From contig OZ241883.1 of NCBI GenBank assembly GCA_965203445.1, positions 32,001-96,000 of the forward strand: DNA of 64,000 bases. Direction: 5' to 3'. A program made the position numbers and the translations under genes. Below the pieces are notes generated by a model. That model saw only the letters and a program-made list of their open reading frames with translations, was not told the DNA's origin and made no database searches. Positions within the stretch are counted from its first letter, which is position 1; the number at the start of each line of letters is the position of its first letter. Source of the DNA: Candidatus Oxydemutator sp. (GTDB lineage: Bacteria > Pseudomonadota > Gammaproteobacteria > Poriferisulfidales > Oxydemutatoraceae). Of the stretch, positions 9,219 through 18,979 are shown piece by piece.

Positions 9219-11816
9219 ATGCGCCCGAAAGAGTTCCAGGAAAACGCCCTCGACACGTTCGCCGCGTTCCTCGCCGAGCTGAAAAAACAGCAGGACGAGA
9301 CGGACAAGCGCGTCGCGGCCCTGGAGCGGGCGGCGGTAGCCGTCGGCGAAAAAGACCGCGACTATTTCGCCAGAACCTGGGAAGAATTGGGGCGGCGCGG
9401 GCTGCTGCCGCACGTCTTGGGCAAAGACGGCTCCAGGCATCCGCCGGCTTACGTGCAACGCTGCGACTGCCGCGGTGCGGTGGTGCCGCACGTGTGCCTG
9501 AAACTGCCCACCGGCGGCGGCAAAACCTTGCTGGGGGTGGCCGCGCTCGAGCGGATGAAGCCGCAAACGGGACTGGTGCTGTGGGTCACGCCGTCGCGCG
9601 CCATCTACAAACAGACCATCAGCGCGTTCGCCTACCGGGCGCACCCGTATCGCCAGTGGCTGGAGCGCGCCTGCGGCGGGCGCGTGAAACTGCTGCGCAA
9701 GAAAGACCAGTTCTCACGCGCCGACGTCGAGAACTATCTGTGCGTGCTGCCGATCATGCTGCAAGCGGCGGATCGGCGCAATGACACCGGCTTTCTCAAG
9801 ATCTTCCGCGACACCGGAAAATATCCCGGCTTCTTTCCGGACGCCGACGACGCGCCGGCCAACGACGAACTGCTGGCAAAGCACCCCGACCTGCACACCG
9901 GCGACCTGGCCGAAGACGCGCCCGGCGCGATCCGGCACAGTCTTTTCAACGCGCTCAAGATCGCGCGCCCGATCATCGTGCTCGACGAGGCGCACAACGC
10001 CTACACCGAAAACCGGCGGCGGCGGCTTTGCGAGTTCAACCCGCGCTTTGTGCTCGAACTGTCGGCGACGCCGGAACCCGGCGTCAGCAACGTCCTGGTG
10101 GACGTGCCGGGGGCGGCGCTGAAACGCGAGCAGATGATCAAACTGCCGCTGCACGTCCACAACTTCGAGAAGACCGACTGGAAATACACGCTGTCGAAAG
10201 CCAAAGAAAAGCGCGACATCCTGGAGCAGGAGGCGAAGGCGCTCCAGGGCGAGAGCGGGCGCTACATCCGCCCGATCATGCTGATCCGCGTCGAGCGCGT
10301 CGGCAAAGAGCAGCGCGACGGCCACCACGTGCACGCCGAAGACGTGCGCGACTACCTGATGACGCAACTGAAAGTGCCGCAAGACCATATCCGCCGCAAG
10401 ACCGCCGAGAAAGACGAGATCGCCGACGAGAACCTGCTGTCGCCCTATTCCGCGGTGCGCTACATCCTGACCAAAGACGCATTGCGCGAGGGTTGGGACT
10501 GCCCATTCGCCTACGTGCTGGCGCTGCTCGACACCACCAGAACGAAGGGCGCCCTGACCCAGATGACCGGACGCATCCTGCGCCAGCCCGACGCCGAACT
10601 GACCGGGCAAACGGCGCTGGACGAGTCCTATATCTATTGCTTCGACCGCAACGTGGGCGAGACCGTGGCCCAGGTAAAGCGCGGCCTCGAACAGGAAGGC
10701 ATGAGCGACCTGGCCGAGTTCGTGCGCCAGGGCGATGCGTCGGGCGACATCGCGAGCGGCGCCGTGGTCAAAACAATACGGCGTCGGCGAGCGTTCAAAG
10801 ACACGCGCATCTTCCTGCCGCGCGTCCTGCACCGCGCCGCCAAAGGCGGCAAGCGCTATCGCCCGCTGGACTACGAGACCGACGTGTTGGGCGGCGTGCA
10901 CTGGCACGACGTGGCCGCCGCGCCGCTGGGAATAGACGCGGCGGCGATAGACAAAGTCCGCGAGATCAGGGCCTCGGTGGATTTGCCGGGGTTCGACTTC
11001 GATTCGGACAACGAAGAGAAAATCATCGTCGTGGACAAGGAGTTGGCCGTCGAGTTTTTTGCCCGCCGCGTGTATGAAATCCTGCCCAACCCGTGGCTGG
11101 CGGGAGAAGTCGTGCGGCGGATGTTCGCCTCGCTGCGCCGCGAATACAACTATGACGACGACGCGATCTTCGACCGCCGCTACCACCTGTCGGAAATCCT
11201 GAAACAACGGCTCACCGAACTGATCGAGCACGAGGCGCGGCAAGTCTTTGCGCGCAAGCTTGAGAGCGGCGACATCCGCTTTGAACTGACTGCCGCCGAC
11301 GCCGGCTTTGAACTTGTGCGGACGCTGGAAAAAATGGTCGCAAGCGGCCAGCAGCCGCTGTTCCGCGAGCACAGCGATGTGCTTGAGAAATCGCTCTACG
11401 AAACGATGTACACCAAAGAGTTCAACGGCCTGGAAAAGGACTTCGCGCTCTATCTGGACGGCCACAGCGCCGTCGCCTGGTGGCACCGCTTCGCCGCCCG
11501 CCAGGACTACGGGCTGCAAGGCTGGCAGCGCCACCGGGTGTATCCGGACTTCGTCGTCTGCGTCGGCAAGGCCAACGGCAAAGGCGGCAGGCGCCGCGTC
11601 CTGGTGCTGGAGACAAAGGGAATGCAACTGGCCGGCAACCCCGACACCGAATACAAGGAAGCGCTGTTCCAGATGCTGGAAACGGCCGAACCCCGCGCCG
11701 CCGAATACGGCAGCCTGGCACTCGCAAAAGACAACCGCAAAGAACACCGCATGTCCCTGAGAATGATGTTCGAGAACAATTACCGGGAAGAATTCGAGAG
11801 GCTGGTGCAAAGTTGA
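9219..11816 (+). CDS. res: Type III R-M restriction subunit (Res)
   Basis: PTGGGKT, LDEAH, LSAT, LREGWDCP, QMTGRILR helicase motifs; C-terminal YPDF...LETKG nuclease. Confidence 0.9.
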   Translation: MRPKEFQENALDTFAAFLAELKKQQDETDKRVAALERAAVAVGEKDRDYFARTWEELGRRGLLPHVLGKDGSRHPPAYVQRCDCRGAVVPHVCLKLPTGGGKTLLGVAALERMKPQTGLVLWVTPSRAIYKQTISAFAYRAHPYRQWLERACGGRVKLLRKKDQFSRADVENYLCVLPIMLQAADRRNDTGFLKIFRDTGKYPGFFPDADDAPANDELLAKHPDLHTGDLAEDAPGAIRHSLFNALKIARPIIVLDEAHNAYTENRRRRLCEFNPRFVLELSATPEPGVSNVLVDVPGAALKREQMIKLPLHVHNFEKTDWKYTLSKAKEKRDILEQEAKALQGESGRYIRPIMLIRVERVGKEQRDGHHVHAEDVRDYLMTQLKVPQDHIRRKTAEKDEIADENLLSPYSAVRYILTKDALREGWDCPFAYVLALLDTTRTKGALTQMTGRILRQPDAELTGQTALDESYIYCFDRNVGETVAQVKRGLEQEGMSDLAEFVRQGDASGDIASGAVVKTIRRRRAFKDTRIFLPRVLHRAAKGGKRYRPLDYETDVLGGVHWHDVAAAPLGIDAAAIDKVREIRASVDLPGFDFDSDNEEKIIVVDKELAVEFFARRVYEILPNPWLAGEVVRRMFASLRREYNYDDDAIFDRRYHLSEILKQRLTELIEHEARQVFARKLESGDIRFELTAADAGFELVRTLEKMVASGQQPLFREHSDVLEKSLYETMYTKEFNGLEKDFALYLDGHSAVAWWHRFAARQDYGLQGWQRHRVYPDFVVCVGKANGKGGRRRVLVLETKGMQLAGNPDTEYKEALFQMLETAEPRAAEYGSLALAKDNRKEHRMSLRMMFENNYREEFERLVQS

Positions 11817-11833
11817 ACAACGGTAAGAAAACG

Positions 11834-12066
11834 AAACCTGCCCCCTCTGGGAAAGGATGGCCGAAGGCCCCTATCAAACCTTCTCCCTCTGGAAAAGATA
11901 GCCGCAGGCCCCTGTCAAACCCTCTCCCTCTGGAAAAGATAGCCGCAGGCCCCTATCAAACCCTCTCCCTCTGGGAGAGGGTGGCCGTAGGCCGGGTGAG
12001 GGTGAAAAGGAAGGCAACTTACTCCCTCCGGCCCTCACCCCAACCCTCTCCCAGAGGGAGAGGGTG
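11834..12066. repeat. REP-like palindrome cluster (CCCTCTCCC..GGGAGAGGG) with a ~41-bp unit repeated 4 times
   Basis: Units AAACCCTCTCCCTCTGGRARAG.. start near 11834, 11876, 11917, 11958, followed by an inverted copy ending ~12064. Confidence 0.85.
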
Positions 12067-12071
12067 ACATA

Positions 12072-13442
12072 ATGAAGCTTCAAAGCCTGATCGCCGGCTA
12101 TCTGGAGAGGCTTGCGTGGTTGACCACCTCCCCAGGCACGTACGCCTACCGCGGCCAGGCAAATGCCGGTTGGCCGCTGAAATCGGCGGCTTACCGGCGG
12201 TTCGAGAATAATAGCGAGGAAGAACCCACCCGAGATGATTTTATCGAATACCATGAAGAGATTCTGGAATCTGCCCGCATGGATGGACACGGTGTAGTGG
12301 ACGGCCGCGATTTGAGAGACCTGGAACTGCTGGCCAAGTTGCAGCACCTCCGCACGGCGACCTGCCTGATTGACTTCAGCCGCAACTTCCTTGTTGCATT
12401 GTGGTTCGCCTGCCTTCCTCATAAAGGTAAAGACGGCACGTATACAAACGGCAAAGTGTTTGTCGTGAACACGAATGATCCTGTTACTTTTCTTTCTTTG
12501 GAACAACAAGACTTAAAGAAAAACATACAGAAAGTTCTTACTTTCAAAACACGCGAACAAGACGAATCCAGCACCGGAAGGAATGAAACCAGTATGCGAA
12601 AACCCTTGTATTGGCACTGGTCACCACACGGCCTGAACGAGAGGATTCTGAAGCAAGACAGCCTATTCATCTTTGGGCCGCCGAAGATAGAAGACACGCT
12701 GCTGCAAAGCATTAAGATCAGGCAAGAGGACAAAACCAGCCTCCTGCAAGAGCTCGAAACATTAGGCATAACGAGGAGATCTCTATTTAAAGATCTATCG
12801 GGATATGCAGAATCGCACGGCTGCAACGAACCTCTGCCGAAATTCCCGCGGACGGCAGAGGACTATTTTCGGGCAGGAAACGAAGCCTATCAACGGGGTA
12901 AAATAGACAAAGCTATAGAAAACTACAACAAAGCGATCAAACGCAAATCTGATTATGCACAAGCTTACAACAACCTAGGAGTTGCCAAAGCCAATCAAGG
13001 AAAAATGCTCGATGCCATAACAGACTATGACCAGGCGATCAAACTCAAGCCCGATCACGCGAACGCCTACTACAACCGAGCAATTACCAAAACCAAGCTG
13101 GAACGCTATCACGCTGCCATAACAGACTATGATCGTGTGATTGAACTCAAGCCCGATGATGCGGAAGCCTATATCAGCCGAGGGCGTGCCAAAACCAAGC
13201 TAACAGGCTATCACACTGCTGCCATAGCAGACTTTGACCGGGCGATTCAACTCAATCCTGATGATGCGAATGCCTATTGCTGCCGAGGAATTGCCAAGGC
13301 CAAACAGGGTGGTACAAATTCGGCACGAAGCGACCTCATCCGCGCAAGGCAGTTGGCTGAGCAAAGCGGAGACAACGAGCTTATGAAAATAATTGACGAA
13401 GCCCTATCGTACCTGGACGGCATAGACAAGCGCGGCAAATAA
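12072..13442 (+). CDS. FRG-domain protein with about 5 C-terminal TPR repeats
   Basis: YAYRGQAN.GWPL, LAKLQHLRTATCLIDFS.NFLVALWFAC, NERILKQDSLF, LGITRRSLF; then 34-aa TPR units. Confidence 0.88.
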   Translation: MKLQSLIAGYLERLAWLTTSPGTYAYRGQANAGWPLKSAAYRRFENNSEEEPTRDDFIEYHEEILESARMDGHGVVDGRDLRDLELLAKLQHLRTATCLIDFSRNFLVALWFACLPHKGKDGTYTNGKVFVVNTNDPVTFLSLEQQDLKKNIQKVLTFKTREQDESSTGRNETSMRKPLYWHWSPHGLNERILKQDSLFIFGPPKIEDTLLQSIKIRQEDKTSLLQELETLGITRRSLFKDLSGYAESHGCNEPLPKFPRTAEDYFRAGNEAYQRGKIDKAIENYNKAIKRKSDYAQAYNNLGVAKANQGKMLDAITDYDQAIKLKPDHANAYYNRAITKTKLERYHAAITDYDRVIELKPDDAEAYISRGRAKTKLTGYHTAAIADFDRAIQLNPDDANAYCCRGIAKAKQGGTNSARSDLIRARQLAEQSGDNELMKIIDEALSYLDGIDKRGK

Positions 13443-13450
13443 AACAATAG

Positions 13451-13575
13451 TTCTCCCTCTCCCTCTGGGAGAGGGCCGGGGTGAGGGCCGTTCAGGGGCG
13501 TTGCGTAACTTAGCACCCTCACCCGGCCTTCGGCCATTCTTCCTTGGCCACCCTCTCCTAGGGGGAGAGGGTTAC
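13451..13575. repeat. REP-like palindrome pair
   Basis: CCCTCTCCCTCTGGGAGAGGG ... CCCTCACCCGGCC ... CCCTCTCCTAGGGGGAGAGGG. Confidence 0.8.
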
Positions 13576-13635
13576 ATTTTTTCTGCCCCCCAGACGACCG
13601 CCGCCGACGCAACCAGACCACAACCTCCCCACACC

Positions 13636-13897
13636 GCCCCGCCCCTTGTTTTATAATGCCGCAATGCCATTGAACGAAGCGGATGCGCGGGCCGAGCCGA
13701 TTGGCCCTGCGCTGCACCGGCGCGGCTGGTCGGGGGACGTGATCCGCCGCGAGACGACGGCGGGGAAAATCGAGAGTATCGGCGGCAAGGCAAGGCGGCG
13801 CGGCCACGGGAAAACCGATAAGGAACACCGCACGTCGTCGCGCATGATGTTCGAGAACAACTACCGGAAAGAGTCCGAGAGGCTGACACAAAATTGA
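13636..13897 (+). pseudogene. Chimeric stub: hsdR promoter and 5' end joined to the res 3' end
   Basis: MPLNEADARAEPIGPALHRRGWSGDVIRRETTAG matches HsdR start (19930); KEHRTSSRMMFENNYRKESERL matches Res end KEHRMSLRMMFENNYREEFERL. Confidence 0.85.
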
Positions 13898-15291
13898 AGG
13901 ACGATAAGAAACAACCGAAAGGCTTGATCGCCTTTCTGAAGAAACTTTTGGCAGAGGGCTATTTCCAGGCGGGCAACATAGTCTATCAGCGGGGCGACAA
14001 AAACGCCGCCATAGAAAAATACACCCGGGCGATTGAACTCAACCCCGATCATCCGGAAGCCCACAACAACCGGGGCATTGCCAAAACCAGGCTGGGAGAC
14101 CTGCCCGGTGCCGTAAAAGACTTTGGCCGAGTCATTGCCCTGAAACCCGATTGTGCCGACGCCTGCTACAACCGGGGAGTTGTCAAAGCCGATCTGGGAG
14201 ACATGCGCGGCGCGATAAAAGACTTTACGCAAGCGATTGCTCTTAAATCCGATTATGTCGACGCCTACTACAACCGAGGGGTTACCAAGGTCGATCTGGG
14301 AGACGTGCGCGACGCCATAACGGACTATGACCGGGTGATTGAACTCGACCCCAAGCACGCGAACGCCTACAACAACCGGGGAGTCGCCAAGGCCCATCTG
14401 GGAGACGTGCCCGCCGCCACGGCGGACTATGACCGCGCGCTTGAACTCGCCCCTGATCATGCGAGCGCCTGTTTCAACCGGGGAAACGCCAAAACCAAGC
14501 AGGGAGACAACCGCGGCGCCATCAAGGACTACGACCGCGCGATAGAACTCAAACCCGATCTTGCGAGCGCCTACTTCAACCGAGGAGTCGCCAAAACCGA
14601 TCTGGGAGACATGCCCGACGCCATAGCAGACTATGACCGCGCGATAGAACTCGAACCCGATGATGCGAGCGCCTACTACAACCGAGGAAATGCCAAAGCC
14701 GGGCGAGGAGACAACCGCGGCGCCATAAAGGACTACGACCGCGCGATAGCACTCAAACCCGATCTTGCGAACGCCTACTTCCACCGAGGGAATGCCAAAG
14801 TCAAGTGGGGAAACATGCCCGACGCCATAACAGACTATGACCGCGCGATTGCACTCAAACCTGATGATGCGAGCGCCTACTACAACCGGGGAGTCGCCAA
14901 AACCAGGCAGAAAGACAACCGCGGCGCGATAAAAGACTACGACCGCGCGATTGAACTCGAGCCTGATGACGCGGACGCCTACTACAACCGAGCAGTCGCC
15001 AAAGCCAGGCGAGGAAACGACCGCGGCGCCATAAAGGACTACGACCGCGCGATTGAACTCAAGCCTGATCTTGCGAACGCCTACTACAACCGAGGAGTTG
15101 CCAAAGCCAGGCAGAAAGACAACCACGGCGCCATAGAGGACTACAACCGGGCGGTTGAACTCGAACCTGATCTTGCGAAAGACCACAAACGAGGAAACGG
15201 CAAAACCAACGGAGGAGACACGTCCGCCATAACGGACTACGACCAGGCGAGTGAACTCAAACCCGATGATGCGAGCACCTACTACCACTGA
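13894..15291 (+). CDS. TPR-repeat protein (12 repeats plus one degenerate), probably prematurely terminated
   Basis: 102-bp/34-aa units AxAYYNRGxAKxxxGDxxGAIKDYDRAIELKPD; TTG start. Confidence 0.85.
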   Translation: MKDDKKQPKGLIAFLKKLLAEGYFQAGNIVYQRGDKNAAIEKYTRAIELNPDHPEAHNNRGIAKTRLGDLPGAVKDFGRVIALKPDCADACYNRGVVKADLGDMRGAIKDFTQAIALKSDYVDAYYNRGVTKVDLGDVRDAITDYDRVIELDPKHANAYNNRGVAKAHLGDVPAATADYDRALELAPDHASACFNRGNAKTKQGDNRGAIKDYDRAIELKPDLASAYFNRGVAKTDLGDMPDAIADYDRAIELEPDDASAYYNRGNAKAGRGDNRGAIKDYDRAIALKPDLANAYFHRGNAKVKWGNMPDAITDYDRAIALKPDDASAYYNRGVAKTRQKDNRGAIKDYDRAIELEPDDADAYYNRAVAKARRGNDRGAIKDYDRAIELKPDLANAYYNRGVAKARQKDNHGAIEDYNRAVELEPDLAKDHKRGNGKTNGGDTSAITDYDQASELKPDDASTYYH

Positions 15292-15514
15292 GGAAATGAA
15301 CTTATCAAAAAAATTAACAACGTCTTGCCGGAACTGGATGACGAAAATAGCGACGAATGAACAAACCTCGGACAGAAACCGCCCCCGCGCGGGAAACCAT
15401 CGGCCAGCGGTCAGTCCGCGCCGGATCGGGGCGGGCGCCCATCCGCCATCCGGCGGTGGCGGCCTTGCACCAGGCCGGTGGCAGTACCAACCAGGCCACG
15501 TCCATGAGCGCCGG

Positions 15515-15632
15515 CGACACCAGCCAAGCCACAACCCGCCCGCATACCATTCCGCCCCTTGTTCTATAATGCAGCAATGCCATTGAACGAAGCGGATGCG
15601 CGGGCCAAGCCGATTGCCCCCGCCCCGCACTG
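15515..15632 (+). pseudogene. Second copy of hsdR promoter and 5' stub
   Basis: GCCCCTTGTTCTATAATGCAGCAATGCCATTGAACGAAGCGGATGCGCGGGCCAAG matches 19906-19961. Confidence 0.8.
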
Positions 15633-15655
15633 ACACGGCTGAGGAGACAACCACA

Positions 15656-16729
15656 ATGCCATCTGAAAGCTACAACCTGGGGATTCAACTCAGGCCTGAT
15701 GACGAGAGCGCCGACTACAACCGAGGGAATATCAAAGCTTCTTTCGGAGACCTGCGCGGCGCGATAAAGGACTACGACCGCGCGATTGAACGCAAGCCCG
15801 ATGATACGGACGCCTACAACGGCCGCGGCATGGCCAAAGCCCATCTGGGAGACTACCACGGCGCGATAAAAGATTACGACCGCGCGATTGAAATCGAACC
15901 CGATTTTGCGGCCGCCCACGTCAACCGAGGAGCTGCCAAAGCCCATCTGGGAGACAACCGCGGCGCGATAAAAGACTACGACCGCGCGATTGAATTCCAA
16001 CCTGATATTGCGGAAGCCTACAACAACCGAGGAGGTGCCAAATCATATCTGGGAGACAGGCGCGGCGCCATAAAAGACTATGACCGCGCGATTAAACTCA
16101 AACCTGATTATGTGCACGCCTACACCGGTCGAGGAACTGTCAAAGCCGAGATGGAAGACTATCGCGGCGCCATAGCAGACTTTGACCGGGCGATTGCACT
16201 CCAACCCGATCATGCGGGTGCCTATTTCAGCCGCGGCATGACCAAAGCCGAAATGGAAGACCACCAAGGCGCCATAAAAGACTACAACCGGGCGATTAAA
16301 CTCAAACCCGATTATGAGGGCGCCTACTGCGCCCGCGGCATGGCCAAAGTCTGGACAGGAGACGAACGCGGCGCCATAAAAGACTATGACCGCGCGATTA
16401 AACTCAAACCCGATTATGCGGACGCCTACAACGCGCGAGGACATGCCAGAGCCGAGCTGTCCGACGCCATAAAAGACTATGACCGGGCGATTGAATGCCA
16501 ACCCGATCACGCGGGCGCCCTCTGTAACCGGGCAAGTGCCGAAGCCGTTATGGCCGATATACATGCGGACCGGGGCGACTTCAAACGCGCAAAGCAGTCG
16601 ACCAAGTCGGCACGAGGCTACCTCGCCCGCGCAAAGAAGTCGGCCAGAAAAAGCGGAGACAAGGAACTCATCGAGGAGATCGACGACATCCTGTCGGACC
16701 TGGCCGCCACAGACAAACGCGCCAAATAA
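15656..16729 (+). CDS. TPR-repeat protein (about 8 repeats plus capping helix)
   Basis: Same TPR family; GAGGAG SD before ATG 15656; ends SGDKELIEEIDDILSDL..DKRAK, like the FRG-TPR C-terminus. Confidence 0.85.
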   Translation: MPSESYNLGIQLRPDDESADYNRGNIKASFGDLRGAIKDYDRAIERKPDDTDAYNGRGMAKAHLGDYHGAIKDYDRAIEIEPDFAAAHVNRGAAKAHLGDNRGAIKDYDRAIEFQPDIAEAYNNRGGAKSYLGDRRGAIKDYDRAIKLKPDYVHAYTGRGTVKAEMEDYRGAIADFDRAIALQPDHAGAYFSRGMTKAEMEDHQGAIKDYNRAIKLKPDYEGAYCARGMAKVWTGDERGAIKDYDRAIKLKPDYADAYNARGHARAELSDAIKDYDRAIECQPDHAGALCNRASAEAVMADIHADRGDFKRAKQSTKSARGYLARAKKSARKSGDKELIEEIDDILSDLAATDKRAK

Positions 16730-16799
16730 ACCAGTAGATCTTCCTCTCCCAGAGGGAGAGATTGTCCGCCGATCCGTTAACGTAACCCTCTCCCCTTAC

Positions 16800-16940
16800 G
16801 CCCACTCCCCCTCACGCCCGCAGTCAACCAACGCCGCGACCAGAAAGGACGCATCGGCGACGACTGTCACTTCCGGTCGGCGTCGCGTGCGCGCAAAATA
16901 TCGGACGGGCGGACGCGGCTTTGGGCCGCGGCCTTGCGCT
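16800..16940 (-). pseudogene. Fragment of the vapBC junction
   Basis: About 140 bp near-identical to ~27772-27913. Confidence 0.85.
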
Positions 16941-16970
16941 AAAACACGGGGCGGTTCAGTTCACGGTTCA
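16941..16970 (-). mobile_element. IS3 left-end remnant with stacked terminal fragments
   Basis: AAAACACGGGGCGGTTCA-GTTCA-CGGTTCA; first part identical to IS end at 18962-18979. Confidence 0.8.
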
Positions 16971-17667
16971 GTTGGGGTGAGGGTACAAAGAGCCAGCATT
17001 AGCCTCCCACAAAAACATCATCCCATCAGGAAAAAATCATTCGTCGGCTATATGCTGCCGTTTGTCTGATGATTCGTGCTATGCTTCGGGACGTGCGTTA
17101 CAACATCCTTTTCATCTTGAAAAGGAGTAAAAATGATGGCTGAAAGAACCAACATGATAGACAGCGTCCGTAACCTGCAACAAAGCGGCATGAACCGAAA
17201 GCAGGCCGAGGCCCTGACAAAACTGATGCGCGCTTCGATTGCCGAGGCGATTGCCGAAGCCGTCCAGCACTTGGCGACCAAAGCCGAGGTGGCCGATCTC
17301 AGGCAGAATATGGCGACCAAAGCGGAGTTGGCCGAGCTCAGGCAGTATACCAAAGCGGAGTTGGCCGAACTGAGAGCGCATGTTGACGCGCAGCATATGG
17401 AGATCAGGACCGAATTGGACAAACTCAAAGCTGCCCACGACGCGCAAGTGGAGCATAACGACTCGCAAATAGCGCTTCTTAAAGCTGAACTTATCGAGAA
17501 GATGAGTGAGAACCTGAAGTATATTGCGTTTTCCGTGGGCTTTTCGACGATTGCCATCATCGCGGCGTTTTTCATCGCGCGCTTCGCCACCTGAAGAAGC
17601 GGCGGCTGCAAGCCGCCTCTTTATCTCCCTCCGAGAGAGGGCCTCCCCATGCTCCCTCTCCTCCTAT
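16966..17667 (+). repeat. ~0.7-kb direct repeat, copy 1
   Basis: Near-identical to 18980-19768 except for an 87-bp insertion in copy 2. Confidence 0.9.
17133..17594 (+). CDS. DUF1640/CCDC90-like coiled-coil membrane protein, copy 1
   Basis: LQQSGMNRKQAEAL head, LATKAEV/MATKAEL/YTKAEL necks, C-terminal TM; AAGGAG SD. Confidence 0.8.
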   Translation: MMAERTNMIDSVRNLQQSGMNRKQAEALTKLMRASIAEAIAEAVQHLATKAEVADLRQNMATKAELAELRQYTKAELAELRAHVDAQHMEIRTELDKLKAAHDAQVEHNDSQIALLKAELIEKMSENLKYIAFSVGFSTIAIIAAFFIARFAT

Positions 17668-17706
17668 TGAACTGCCCCGACTTTTCCGGAGACTGGTTTA
17701 TGAGAG

Positions 17707-18612
17707 TCAGGCTGCAACAGCCGACTCCTTCTCTCGGCAATAATACATTGCCTCCCACTCCGCCGGGGGACGGTAGCCTATCGAACTCAACAAACGACGA
17801 TTGTTGTACCAGTCCACCCATTTCAGCGTCTCGCATTCCAGCGATGACTTCCCGTTCCACGTACCCAGACGCCGGATCAATTCGCTCTTGTAGAGACCTA
17901 TCACCGTCTCCGCCAGGGCATTGTCATACGAGTCTCCTACGCGACCTACCGACTGCGTTATACCGGCACGCAACAGACGCTCGTTGTAGTCCATAGACAG
18001 ATACGGGCTGCCGCGGTCGCTGTGATGGATCAGCCCCTTGCCTACCTCGCGCGAACACAAGGCCTGCTCCAAGGCGTCCAACACCAGCCGCGTGTCCATA
18101 AAGGACGACACGCTCCAGCCCACTATGCGCCGCGCATAGGCGTCTATCACAAACGCCGCATACATCACACCGCTCGACGTCCTCACATACGTCGCGTCCG
18201 ATACCCACAACTGGTTCGGACGCGGCGCCTGAAAGTTGCGCTTCACCTCATCCCGGTACTCAGAGCCCTGCGCCGCGGCGCTGTCCGTCGTTTGCCACCG
18301 GCGCCCGCGAACCACGCCCTGCATACCCGCCCTTCTCATCAAACGCTCCACCGTGCAGCGCGCCGCCGCTATCTCTTCACGCTCCAACTGGTGCCACACC
18401 TTGCGCGCACCATACGTCTCATGACTCCCTTCCCATATGCGCGCTATCTCCATAGACAGCGCCGCGTCCGTGTGCCAGCGACGACAGCGCAGTCTCGGAT
18501 CGCGCTCCTGCGCCTTGTGCGCATAGTAGGTGGATGGGGCTATCGGCAACACCTTGCACATAGGCTCGACCCCATACACTTCCTTGTTCTCGTCTATAAA
18601 ACGCACCATCAC
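17707..18612 (-). CDS. IS3 OrfB DDE transposase
   Basis: LWVSDATYV, IHHSDRGSPY, SYDNALAETVIGLYKSE. Confidence 0.93.
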   Translation of the reverse strand: MMVRFIDENKEVYGVEPMCKVLPIAPSTYYAHKAQERDPRLRCRRWHTDAALSMEIARIWEGSHETYGARKVWHQLEREEIAAARCTVERLMRRAGMQGVVRGRRWQTTDSAAAQGSEYRDEVKRNFQAPRPNQLWVSDATYVRTSSGVMYAAFVIDAYARRIVGWSVSSFMDTRLVLDALEQALCSREVGKGLIHHSDRGSPYLSMDYNERLLRAGITQSVGRVGDSYDNALAETVIGLYKSELIRRLGTWNGKSSLECETLKWVDWYNNRRLLSSIGYRPPAEWEAMYYCREKESAVAA

Positions 18613-18929
18613 TTCGCTTCGCGGTCGAGCTCCGCCTGGGCAAAAAAAGCCGTCGCCTTGCGCAGAATCTCGTTCGTGCGACGCAACGCAGCATTCTCCC
18701 TTTGCAGTCTCTTGCACTCCTGGGCTCGCTGCTCGTTGCTCATGCCCGGCGTCGCCGCCGCCTGCTCCGCTCGACGTACCCACCTGCGCAGTGTCTCCGA
18801 ACCGCAGCCGAACATAGCGGCCACCGATTCGATGGCTTTCCATTGCGATGGATGCTCCTGTTGGTTCTCAAGAACCATCTGGACGGCGCGTTCACGCACC
18901 TCCGGCGTATATTGGTTAAGGTGTTTCAT
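18609..18929 (-). CDS. IS3 OrfA
   Basis: YTPEVRERAVQMV...ETLRRWV...NEILRKATAFFAQAELDR; T7G candidate -1 frameshift site near 18641-18648. Confidence 0.92.
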   Translation of the reverse strand: MKHLNQYTPEVRERAVQMVLENQQEHPSQWKAIESVAAMFGCGSETLRRWVRRAEQAAATPGMSNEQRAQECKRLQRENAALRRTNEILRKATAFFAQAELDREAK

Positions 18930-18979
18930 ACCCCTATTCTCCCTCATTTAGAGGTCTCCGAAAAACACGGGGCGGTTCA

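Larger units (their letters stand above)
17668..18979 (-). mobile_element. IS3-family insertion sequence (IS629/IS51-group-like), 1312 bp
   Basis: Imperfect 26-bp IRs TGAACTGCCCCGACTTTTCCGGAGAC / TGAACCGCCCCGTGTTTTTCGGAGAC; TG..CA ends; overlapping orfA/orfB; no target duplication visible. Confidence 0.95.

Noticed and set aside
13861-15654. 597-aa minus-strand hydrophobic ORF (also 15314-16000 and 16043-16564)
   Set aside because: Antisense shadows of the TPR repeats.
12850-16729. Diversity-generating retroelement acting on TPR repeats
   Set aside because: No reverse transcriptase in the window, and repeat differences are not confined to adenines.
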